DNA of 64,000 bases from Malacoraja senta (lineage: Eukaryota): NCBI GenBank assembly GCA_038087875.1, contig CM075989.1:9302001-9366000 (forward strand), given 5' to 3'. The translations under genes and the position numbers were made by a program. Shown here in pieces: positions 40,251-51,075 of this stretch (positions are counted from its first letter, which is position 1; each line of letters begins with the position of its first letter). Under the pieces are notes generated by a model. That model did no database searches. It worked only from the letters and a program-made list of their open reading frames with translations, and was not told where the DNA came from.

Positions 40251-43200
40251 CTATGGTCTATGTTCTATAACCCTACCTCAACTTTACTGATGCCCAATCT
40301 TGGATGCCGCTTAAACAAAGGATTAAATATACAATTTCAGTACTTTCGGACATTCTGAAAGGAACATGAAAGTTACTGTTAATCTCAAGTTGTCTTTTTA
40401 ATTGAAAGATCTTTCCTTTGATACTGCAGTGACCTTCATTTTTCCAGGGCTCATTGAATGGTAACAGGGATAACATCTGCAGCAGAATCATTTTACTGAA
40501 ACCGAGAAATGGAAAGCAGGTTATTAGTGAACAGCTGTTGCATAATGGCACTATTAATGAAGCCTTCTATCACTTGGCAATCAGCTTAGATATTTGCTCT
40601 GTTTTGCTGAATACTATAAATCCAGGCTGTTAGATTAGATGGTAGCACTGCAGTTGTGCTGGAAAAGATTGACAAAGGGAACGGCATGCTCTCCCTCTAG
40701 TGCACAAGCCTTCAGTGCTGTGGCCTGTGTTAGCATTCATTTTGTGTGCAGAGTAGTCAATTGTTTAATCTTTGTAAGTTGAACAGGCCTAATTCTGATG
40801 CCTCTAGAACATTTTGCAGATGGCTAAATAGGGTTTTCCATTTACCATTTAGCTGAAGAAGTTTGTAAACTATCAGTCTTGCCCTTTGTGCTCATAGCTG
40901 GATTTTGGCATGGTTGAGGATGACAGTAACTGAACAAAATGTGTTTCTTTTGCACAAGCCTTGTCCATCTCCTGAGTTTAATGTTGGCTTTTGCTGTTAA
41001 ATAAGTGGTGGATCACATTGTCGTCATCGACTTTTAAAAGTGGCTTCATACAAGAGAAAAACATCATGTGCTACAGAAAATCGTTATGGATGTTTTTCTA
41101 GGAATGTAACTCCTCTCAACGTGGGGTTCATCTGTATTTACTTTTATCTTCAGTTGTTCAACTGATGGTTTTTCATCCTACCAGCAGAAAATCTGCCATT
41201 TATTGTATAAACATCCACTTATTAGCGTTAACGGTTGATTAATCTTTGTTTTGCATTGTTTCTGTTGTACTTTATTATTTCATATTTGTGACTTTGAAGG
41301 CCTTGTCAGCTTTCAGAGCATTCACACTGTCGAATACTCCCCTGCCCCCCCACCCCCCCCATCCCACATATATTTTCCCCATAACCTTTCCCCTTTGTGA
41401 TCATAAACTCAAATTCTCCAGCCACCCAGGGCAATTTATCGTAGTCATTTAATTTACCTGCATATCTCAGATATGTGGGAGGGAAACCTAGACAAAATCA
41501 ACACAGTTACAGGGGGAGCATGCGAACTCCACGCAGCACCCAAAGTCAGGACAAAAATTGGGGTTGCTACAGACAAACAACAGCAATGTTATTTGCAGTG
41601 CCCATGTTCTGCACAGCTCCTGTTGATACATCTGATCATTAGAAATTTGCTTTCAAGACAGCACTTGGTCCAGTGGATGAGGTGATTTTAGTTCTTGAAA
41701 AAGTGGCTTTGGTGATTGCATATCTGGACGAAAATCTACACAGGAAAATTACTGTCTTCCAACCAATCTACATTTTTCTTGAGTCGAGAAAAGATTTAAT
41801 CCTTAATCTTGTAAAATGAGCTCTATTCCCTGTTGTCATGGAAATTGTAAAATAACGTATACTCCAGGTTTTATGGTAGCTTAAAATAAATGTTTGAATA
41901 TCCAATAACAGCACAGTAGACTGGGAAATTGCTGGTTCCCAGCATCTCATGATTATCTGAACTGTTACATTTTATGCATGGCTATCTTTTGTCATCAGTA
42001 GCTCAAATTTTTTCAACTAACCCAAGTAAGATTTTTCCATTTGTCCCCATATCTTTACAACCCTGTATTTGTTTAGTACAATTGAGGTTGAAACCACTCC
42101 ATATAATATTTGTATGCCTTTGGACAAATATTGGTATTTCAAGGTATAATTTTTAAAAGGTACCTGTTTTCCTCTGAACGTTTAAGCTTTGTCCTGCTAA
42201 AAGTAAAGATTAATAGCATAAAGATCTTGAAGATTTGAGAAAATACTGTATGTACTCTTGAGTTGTAAATATTGATAAGATCCTGAATAAAGATTTAGTA
42301 TTGTTAATCATGCTTGCATTTAAGAAAGGCAAAATGATTGCAGCCCTATGAGAAGTGCATGCATGTATATTTTGGATTGGAACAGTACGAGATTTGTACT
42401 GCCTAAATCCTGGCATGCGCACAGGTAAGGATTTGTTGGGTAAGGATTGAAAAATCAGAAGTGATTTTAGAAGTCGGTGCATTCAAGATCAGATGGTCTT
42501 GTGCAGAGGACAGAGTTTGTATTAAAGTCCAATCATAAGATTAATTTGAACTATGCTCATCCTGGACATCTTTACTTTTGCAAAATGGCAGTAAAAAGTT
42601 TCCCTGTGCTACTTCCCTGCGAGAGCTACAAGTTGAAAGGCAAACATTGAAACTCAGTGGAGAGGAGGAACTGCTGATACTGGAAATTTGATCTTAAGCA
42701 GAAAATGGTGGAAATATTCAACAGGTCAAAGCATCTGTGGTGTGAGAAATGATTAATGTTTCAGGTTTATGGTCAGAACTGAAATTTTAATTACAAGACT
42801 CATTGGTAATGCAATTGCATTTCCATTGGTATTTCGGTGATCTGCAATTTTATCAGAACTAGAAATGTAACAATGTAAGGTGCCATCTGCTTCTCAGATG
42901 AAGCTGTTAGTGCCTGCATCCAGTATACCCATAGATGTAGATTTCATTTGTATAGCCTGAATATCTTTTACTAATACTTTTATACTGTTATTTTGAAGTT
43001 ACACATGCAATTATAATTCAGGCAAACATTGTTTCAACCCTTCATTTTTATTTCTGTTAGCCAGCAAACAAATTTCCATCCCTAGTTGCAATAGAAAAAT
43101 AAACATTTGGAATGCTGTTCAGCTAAAATAAATTTGCTTTTTTCCCCCCTTCTACCAGATTGAGTTCCTCCTTATCACCATTATTCTGCAGCATTGGGCA

Positions 43201-43754
43201 CAGGCAAACATAATCTCTTCCTTTCCCCCCCACCCCCTCAGGGAACATTGTAAAGGGCATTGGGGGAGCAGAATAACTTGGCTAAGGTAGTCACATTCTT
43301 GTCAGGATTACATCTTTTGTGTTTGTTTTTAAAGGCACTTTATAATAAAAGGATCACCTTTCTTTTCTTATCCTCCACCCTTATTGCTGACATCCACCCC
43401 CTCCTGCCTCAAAACACTTTTGTAAAAGATTTGGTGTGAACTATTGAACTCTTGTGAATCAAAAATTGTTATTCAAATGAAGTAGTTTGTTCATAAGGTC
43501 TTGTGATTTTAGTTTTACTTTTAGAAAATATCTTGGAGATTTACAAAAATGGTTCTGCAGTGGGTTAGGAGGTGGTTTGTGCCTCCTCTTTAGTTGGACT
43601 CCTGATGAATTAACCTACAATTCTCAATGTCATCCTAAATGGCGCTGATCTATTTTAAGCAATTATGGACCAAGCATTCCCAAAGGTTGTTGGGCATGCT
43701 AAACATTTTCGAAGCAACCTTTGTTAAATCTTTCCTGTGTCCATTTTGTAGTGT

Positions 43755-43877
43755 CTTCTTGCGTTATGGCGTGCACAGCCTAAAGTTGGACAACTTGTTC
43801 TATTTGATTGTACATGCCAGGTTGATTGCATTCGTCGAAACAGAACGGACAATGTGAAGGTTGCAATCTCCCACCCC
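43755..43877 (-). mobile_element. 123-bp non-autonomous Vingi-related element with ribozyme-like head
   Basis: 3' end caactttaggctgtgcacgccata(a)cgcaagaag matches 25977-26009; 12-bp TSD A(T/C)TTTGTAGTGT at 43743-43754 and 43878-43889. Confidence 0.88.
43824..43877 (-). ncRNA. Minimal HDV-like self-cleaving ribozyme fold (this copy partly decayed)
   Basis: GGGGTGG(P1) GA GATTGCA(P2) ACC(P3) TTCACAT(L3) TGT(P3') CCGTTCT(P1') GTTTCGA C GAA(J4/2) TGCAATC(P2'). Confidence 0.75.
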
Positions 43878-43998
43878 ACTTTGTAGTGTAAAATAGCTGT
43901 TTTGGGAATCTGGTATCAGGCATATATAGGACATTATCCCAATGGAGCTGACTATGTATAATTGGGGCTTGAATGTTGGCCCGAGAGAGGGTGCTGGC

Positions 43999-44529
43999 CA
44001 GGCACGTGCCGTGAGTAATTACTCAGGGGAGGCACTAGGCAGTCAGCTGACTTTTAAAAATCGTAAAATCCGCGCATGTGCAGAAAATCGTAAAAGCCAC
44101 GCATGCGCAGAAAATCGTGAAAACCGCGCATGCGCAGATCGGTCCTGTAGGCACCGTCGACTTTTAACAATCTTTAAAACCGTGCTTGCGCAGATTGGTC
44201 TCCTCTCCTGTAGCACACATGCGCGCAGTCCACGGTGCAAAGGCAGAATTTCAGCTGCCTTTATTGCCCGTTGTAAGTGAAGGCTTGAAGCAGCGTCCAC
44301 TGCACGTGAGTTGCACATAGTTATGCATATTATATGTACTGCGGATGAAAGGCACGGGAGAATTATGCCTACCTAAGATCGATTATTAAAATAATAACCA
44401 TTTAATAATAAATACTGAATTTACTAAATGAATTGGAAATCTTTACTATTTATATTTAATAATTACCGTTTTATAATTTTAGTCAGGGTAGGCACTGCCT
44501 ACCTTGCCTACCCTGATGGCACGTGCCTG
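43999..44529. mobile_element. hAT-type MITE
   Basis: TIR CAGGCACGTGCC; perfect 8-bp TSD GTGCTGGC at 43991-43998 and 44530-44537. Confidence 0.92.
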
Positions 44530-46923
44530 GTGCTGGCTCTCTATCTGGGATTTTGGGAATTGTAAAATATATTTTTAGATTCTTTGTCATGCTGATATTT
44601 TATGATATATTTTAATGAATCCATGTGATGGTTGGGGAGCTAGGCCTTGTAACCTATATGCACACGTGTCATGTAGATAGAGCAGCTGCATTGGTAAAGT
44701 TAGGGTGATCTTGGTTCTGGAGTCGGTGACATAGATTGTCCTGCAGATTAATTCTGCTCCAGTGGGAAGATTGTTGGAAATGAGATGCAGTGCTGAAGTG
44801 AGAAAGTTTGTCTGACATAGTTCTCGGTGATAGACACAAAATGCTGGAGTAACTCAGCGGGACATGCAGCATCTCTGGAGAAAAAGAATGGGTGACGTTT
44901 TGGGACGAGACCCTTTTTCTGGACCTTCCCCTCCCCCACTCCCCAAAATTAAAAAGTCCCATCATTTGCCCTAGTTAGAATCTATGTAAATTCCACTTGA
45001 ATCTGTATGCCGTAACTTGCGTTCATTTGTTAGCAATCGGAGGGGAAGATAGTTTTAAAAAACAAAACAATGCCATCAGCATATTCGAATCGTATCTAGT
45101 GTGTCTTTCATGTGGAAATGTTTTCTTGCTCTAACAAGCTTCAAATATTTTTGTTTGAAAGAGAATCTGTCCCCTCATAATCTTAAAAGCAGAATGCATG
45201 CACATACCTGTATTTGTGCGTTTGTTTCTGTAACATTTGAAAATTCCAGAACGTTTTCCTCTTAATTCATTGAATATTTCTACTGGGAAATAAGTATTGC
45301 TGCTATTACATGTTCAGATTCTGGGATGAGGTGTTGAAAGGTGATTTGTTTTGGGTCTATTTTTGTCAGTAGAAAGAATGGCTGTTATTTCAAATCAATT
45401 TTAGTTTTTTTTGTTGATATTTTGTTTTTTTTGTTTTTTAAGCATAGTAAATATGGTTCACAAAAGTTTCAGACCAAAATAAATCTTTACATTTTTAATA
45501 CGAGGCATGATGCTGCTAAATTTAAAATCAGTTGTGTCCTGCAGATAGGAAATGTGTGAATATATACAGTGCAATCTGTTTTCATGTTGGTTAACTACTG
45601 TTTTGGAATTGAACCAAAATCTATAACACTGCAATTTGACAGTGCTGGTGAATTACATCGGGGATTAACTTTGCGAATGTAAATGAGGCCCAAGAGATTA
45701 ATCTAACATCATTAATATAGTTGTTTGCTTCCAGAAATGAATACTGCATTATTACATTTTGAAAAAAGCTTATTTTCCTTATTTAACTGTCAGCTTCATT
45801 TAAGCCTATCTTTTATATTTTTTTTAAAAGGTTAATGCTGTATTAAGCCTATTATTATGTTGATAATATATACCGTGAAGCTTTAAATAGTCCTGACTAG
45901 TTAATTTTTACAGCCGTGGATCACCATTATTTACTGAATTGTTTGGTGTAGTAATTTTAATTTAATTAGAATTATGGAAAGAAAATGTGTTTATTTGGTT
46001 GACTATGTTTAAAATCTGTTCAAATATCTCTTTAGGTGGTCAAAGTACAGTTGTGGGAGAATGTTATCAAGCAATCTAAAAACATTCTGTATTTTCACTC
46101 TTTTAGCTGTCTTTCCAATTTTCTTTTCTGAAAATATGGATTGATTCTTGTGGATAAGTTCCCATCACTACTCGGTCCCCAGCCATCTTGGCCAAGGGGC
46201 TGGAATGCATTTGACTGTTCTAATTTTACTGAATTGAATCGCCATAATACCCAGATAATGACCCCTTTTGGAAACATTATGGGCCCCTTTTTTGTTTAAT
46301 GCGCTTTCCCTTGAGTCACAGCTCATTGTTTCTGTTTTTGCTGTTGTTAAAATGTTTAATAAATGAACAATTTTTCACTTGTTTATAAAGAAACTGTTTA
46401 TTGGGTTTGACCTACTGATTTTTAATCCTTTACTGAAGGTCCACGGACCTAATAGTCTGCTGGAAACAAACATCTTAAGCTATTTATATAATGGCCATTT
46501 CTCTTCTGAGGTCAGAGGTAATTGAACTAATGTTCAATTCCATTTGCAATTCTTTGAAGAAAGACAAAGCCTGTTATTGTTGTGTAGCAACACCTGACTA
46601 ACATTCAGATATGCTTTTAAGTAGTAGTGATCATCAGCAAGAAAATGTAACCAAGTACTTTTAAACAGCATTACTATTAGTGAATCCCTCGTAATTTTGG
46701 ATGTCACCATTAACCAGACACTTCAGCATCAACAAAAAACGTTGATACATAAATATCGTGATTCTAAGAACAGATAAAAAGCCAGGTACCATATGGCTAT
46801 TATGAAAGAGGAGGTATTGGTGGTTTTAAAGTGCTTTAACATGGATATATCGCCCAGGCCTGACCAAGTACACCCTCTAACCTCTGGGAAGCTAGGAGGA
46901 AATTGAGGGCCCTTGCAGCAATA

Positions 46924-48089
46924 AGTGAGTTCGGTATTCCGACTGCTCATGCGCATGCCCAGGTCATAGGTCATTCGCAATAAACAGTCTCGGCAACGGT
47001 GGTGCTGCATTGTGTGCAGGCTTGCGTTTCGTCCGTGTTCGGGGTCGGGCCCAGCTCAGTCGCTGCCGTTGAGTTGGTGCTGGGCCGTCCCCTGTCCGGA
47101 TGTCCTGGGCTGGTGGAGCGGCCACGGATTTGCAGCCGGCGTTGCAGCCGCTGGCTCTAGCTCAGCTCTGCCTGTTCCGTCGGGTTGGCCATCAGACCTC
47201 CACCGCCACCCCCTCCCCTCAGTCCGACACCAAGATCCTGCTGAAGATGGGCAGCCGCCGGCCCTGCTCGAAGACGGGCGACTCGGAGCCTCTGCTGCTG
47301 GAATCGTCCTGGTCAGAGAGAGAGTCTGCAGACAGGCTCCTGCCGGCCATGGGCAGGCCGGCCACCCGCTGGAGCTGCTGGTGTTGTTGGTGATGGTGGT
47401 GCTGGCGGCAGCCTCCCTTGCCCACCCCTAAGCCCAGAGTCCGGGCCAGCTCCAACTCCAGGTCAGGGCTGAAGGCTGCCCGCTGCGCGGCCCAGTCGAG
47501 CGCCGGGCTGGAGGAGGCTGAGCCCAGGCTGGCGCTCTGGTGCAGGCTAGACCGGGACCCTTGCTCCTCCTCAGGGTTGTGGATGAAGTGTCAGCGGGTT
47601 GGAGAGTGGTTGGGCTGGAGTTGGCACTTCTTCTCTGCGCTGGCTGTGGGTCAGGGGCCGCTGGTGTCGTTGGTCCGGGGCTGTCGGTTGGCCCGGCGCG
47701 AGAGGCAGCGGTGAGCTGGGGTTGGCACTTCTCCGCGCTGCCTGGGGGATGGTGTCCCATCGGTCCGGATGTCTCCAGCCACTCGAGTGGGGGGCGGGGG
47801 ACGGGACGGGACAGTCCAGTGGCGGTTCGGCAGCGCTTGCCGTGCCGGGGACACGGGTTCCATCCTGGCTGCGGATGAGGCGCGGTTTTGTGTGCGTGCA
47901 GCTGCCAAGAGCCGGTGCAGTCACCCCCCCCCCCCCCGGTCTGCCCCCTCTATCTGCCCCCTGACAAATACAAACTTGAAAAAAGATATACTCACTGTAT
48001 CTACAGCGCTTCGTTCGATTTCTCTTTCTAGCGTTTGACCTTTGACAAATCCCATGATTCCTTGCATTTTTAGGAATACCGAACTCGCT
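46924..48089. mobile_element. Non-autonomous TIR DNA transposon carrying a host-gene fragment (Pack-TIR-like), inserted in an old CR1
   Basis: 17-bp TIRs AG(T/C)GAGTTCGGTATTCC (46924-46940, 48073-48089); removing the element and one TA restores in-frame CR1 LAAIFATSLA. Confidence 0.82.
47219..47599 (-). pseudogene. ZFP36/tristetraprolin-family C-terminal fragment (end of second CCCH finger to stop)
   Basis: TR*HFIHNPEEE (RCHFIHN with Cys to stop)...SLSADSLSDQDDSSSRGSESPVFEQGRRLPIFSRILVSD*; the HNP, SPVFE and RIxVS residues are closest to ZFP36 itself. Confidence 0.88.
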
Positions 48090-48115
48090 TATTTGCAACA
48101 TCTTTAGCCAATGTT

Positions 48116-48310
48116 GCAGCAGTAGAGTTGCTGACTTACAGCGCCAGAGATCCGGGTTCGATCCTGACTATGGGTGCTGACTACTGAGTTTGTGCTTTCT
48201 CCCTGTGACCACGTGGGTTTTTGGGTGCTCGGTTTTCTTGCCATGTTCCAAAGACGTGCAGTTTTCTAGGTTAATTGGCTTCTGTAAATTGTCCCTAGTG
48301 TGCAGGATAC
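48116..48310 (+). mobile_element. HE1-type V-SINE, 3'-truncated (weaker copies at ~6955-7093, ~8275-8440, ~41425-41610)
   Basis: ccgggttcgatcctgact, ttctccctgtgaccacgtggg, ccaaagacgtgca, ggttaattggc. Confidence 0.85.
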
Positions 48311-49035
48311 CACTAGATGGAAACTACCAAACCAAAAATTACCTGTTTATTCTTATTGTTTAGTTCGTTAACCAACACTCAGTTCGTGCCAATCTATTAC
48401 TCCCAATACTATGTTCTAATTTCATTTTAATAATCACTGTTGCCCTGAAGTTCACATACACCATTGCCATCACATTGCCATCACATCTTCAGCTCATTAC
48501 AACCTTAAAATATCCCAACAGTTTAGCTAAACATCATTTCCCTTGCAAATATATTGACCGTGCCGAATCCTATTAATATTTCTTGGCTTATTACCACTTA
48601 TAATTTCAGCAATTTCTCTATCACAATGACATGCTAACTGTTTCCCTGTTTGCTCTCTTCCTCATTTCTTCAGTGGTGAAATTGTACTTATACATCCTTG
48701 TATGTGGGAACCCTTTGATATTTTTGGTATTTTGGAAAAAGACAACGAGCACATCCATCTCCCTGGCTGCTAACTATAAAACATTAGGATGCAGTTCATC
48801 ATGTCCTGACAACTTGGAGAACTGAAAGACACTTAAGCAATTGATACATTTTGTATTTTACTTTCCAAATATGATAAATGCTATTAGATTACTTGCTGAG
48901 AGATGATGAATCTTTAAAATTCTCTGCCCAAGAGGGCTTTGTACTCTGTTGCTGAGCGTGTGCAAGGCAGATAGTGATAGAATATTTGGATATTGGGGGA
49001 ATCATGGCTGTGGGATTAGTGGAGGCAAGTGACAA

Positions 49036-49335
49036 TCTATATTGTCATAAAACTCTGATCTTGGATGTTTACTTGTTTGTTTACTTGTGTGTCATTCACA
49101 TCTCCTCGAAAGCCTGACGTGCGAACGGTGAAATTTTTACATATTCCGGAAGTGATTTACCTCATGATCTTGAAATCGCCTCATCTGAAAATTTGATTCA
49201 TTATTTCTTGATTTTTTTAATTAAAATTGTTCACAAACCTGAGATCTATTTTGAAGTTAATGAGCTGAAGCTTTCAAGCTGATGACGTCACAATGCCTCT
49301 GCTCCTCGTGGCCAGTTGCGCAGAGTTCTCAACGC
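49036..49335 (+). mobile_element. Possible non-autonomous Helitron-like 5' end preceding the pyrimidine array
   Basis: A|TCTATAT...TAAAA start followed by a gttt-type microsatellite; no CTAG/hairpin 3' end found. Confidence 0.3.
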
Positions 49336-51075
49336 CCCCTCTTCCTCTCCCCCCCCCTCTTCCTCTCCCCCCTCTTCCTCTCCCCCCCTCTTCCTCTCCC
49401 CCCTCTTCCTCTCCCCCCCCTCTTCCTCTCCCCCCCCTCTTCCTCTCCCCCCCCTCTTCCTCTCCCCCCTCTCGTCGCCCCCCCCTCTGCCTCGCCCCCC
49501 CCTCTTCCTCTCCCCCCCTCTTCCTCTCCCCCCCCTCTTCCTCTCTCCCCCCTCTTCTCTCCTCTCTCCCCCCTCTTCCTCTCCCCCCTCTTCCTCTCCC
49601 CCCTCTTCCTCTCCCCCTCTTCTCTCCCCCCTCTTCCTCTCCCCCCTCTTCTCTCCCCCTCTCCTCTCCCCCCTCTTCCTCTCCCCCCTCTTCCTCTCCC
49701 CCCTCTTCCTCTCCCCCCCTCTTCCTCTCCCCCCCTCTTCCTCTCCCCCCTCTTCCTCTCCCCCCCTCTTCCTCTCCCCCCCTCTTCCTCTCCCCCCCCT
49801 TCCTCTCCCCCCCTCTTCCTCTCCCCCCCTCTTCCTCTCCCCCCCTCTTCCTCTCCCCCCTCTTCCTCTCCCCCCTCTTCCTCTCCCCCCCTCTTCCTCT
49901 CCCCCCCTCTTCCTCTCCCCCCCTCTTCCTCTCCCCCCCTCTTCCTCTCCCCCCTCTTCCTCTCCCCCCCTCTTCCTCTCCCCCCCTCTTCCTCTCCCCC
50001 CCTCTTCCTCTCCCCCCCTCTTCCTCTCTCCCCCCTCTTCCTCTCCCCCCCCTCTTCCTCTCCCCCCCTCTTCCTCTCCCCCCCTCTTCCTCTCCCCCCC
50101 TCTTCCTCTTCCCCCCCTCTTCTTCTTCCCCCCCTCTTCTTCTTCCCCCCCTCTTCTTCTTCCCCCCGCTCTTCTTCTTCCCCCCCTTCTTCTTCCCCCC
50201 CTCTTCTTCTTCCCCCCCTCTTCTTCTTCCCCCCCTCTTCTTCTTCCCCCCCCTCTTCTTCTTCCCCCCCTCTTCTTCTTCCCCCCCTCTTCTTCTTCCC
50301 CCCCCTCTTCTCTTCCCCCCCTCTTCTTCTTCCCCCCCCTCTTCTTCTTCCCCCCCTCTTCTTCTTCCCCCCCTCTTCTTCTTCCCCCCCTCTTCTTCTT
50401 CCCCCCTCTTCTTCTTCCCCCCCTCTTCTTCTTCCCCCCCTCTTCTTCTTCCCCCCTCTTCTTCTTCCCCCCTCTTCTTCTTCCCCCCTCTCTCTCTCCC
50501 CCCCCTCTCTCTCTCTCTCTCCCCCCCCCCTCTCTCTCTTCCCCCCCCTCTCCTCTCCCCTCCTCTCTCTCTCCCCCCCCCTCCTCTCTCTCTCCCCCCT
50601 TCCTCTCTCTCCCCCCTCCTCTCTCTCTCCCCCCTCCTCTCTCCCCCTCCTCTCTCTCCCCCCTCCTCTCTCTCTCCCCCCTCCTCTCTCTCTCCCCCCC
50701 TCCTCTCTCTCCCCCCCCTCCCTCCCCCCCCCCCCCCCCCCCCCCCTCCTCCCCCCCCCCCCCCCCCTCCCCCCCCCCCCTCCCCCCCCCTCCCCCCCCC
50801 CCTCCTCCACCCCCCCCCTCTCTCTCCCCCCCTCCTCTCTCTCCCCCCCTCCTCTCTCCCCCTCCTCTCCCCCTCCTCTCTCCCCCTCCTCTCTCCCCTC
50901 CTCTCTCCCCCTCCTCTCTCCCCCCTCCTCTCTCCCCCCCTCCTTCTCTCTCTCCCCCTCCTCTCTCTCCCCCCTCTTCTCTCTCCCCCCCCACCTCTCT
51001 CTCCCCCCTTCCCCTCTTCCCCCCCCTCTCACCTCCTCTCTCCCCCTCTGCCCCCCCCCCCACCCACCTCCACCT
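49336..51075. repeat. ~1.7-kb polypyrimidine/polypurine minisatellite
   Basis: Units C(5-7)TCTTCCTCT, then C(6-8)TCTTCTTCTT, then C(n)TCCTCTCT and poly-C. Confidence 0.97.

Noticed and set aside
44055..44140. CRISPR-like repeat array
   Set aside because: Contiguous tandem repeats without unique spacers, inside a eukaryotic MITE
47219..47960. A functional nested ZFP36-family gene
   Set aside because: Tandem CCCH domain absent, in-frame stop at the last finger Cys, enclosed by TIRs
46913..48100. 8-bp TSD TTGCAGCA/TTGCAACA implying a hAT element
   Set aside because: It would delete four codons from the host CR1 frame; a TA duplication restores it exactly
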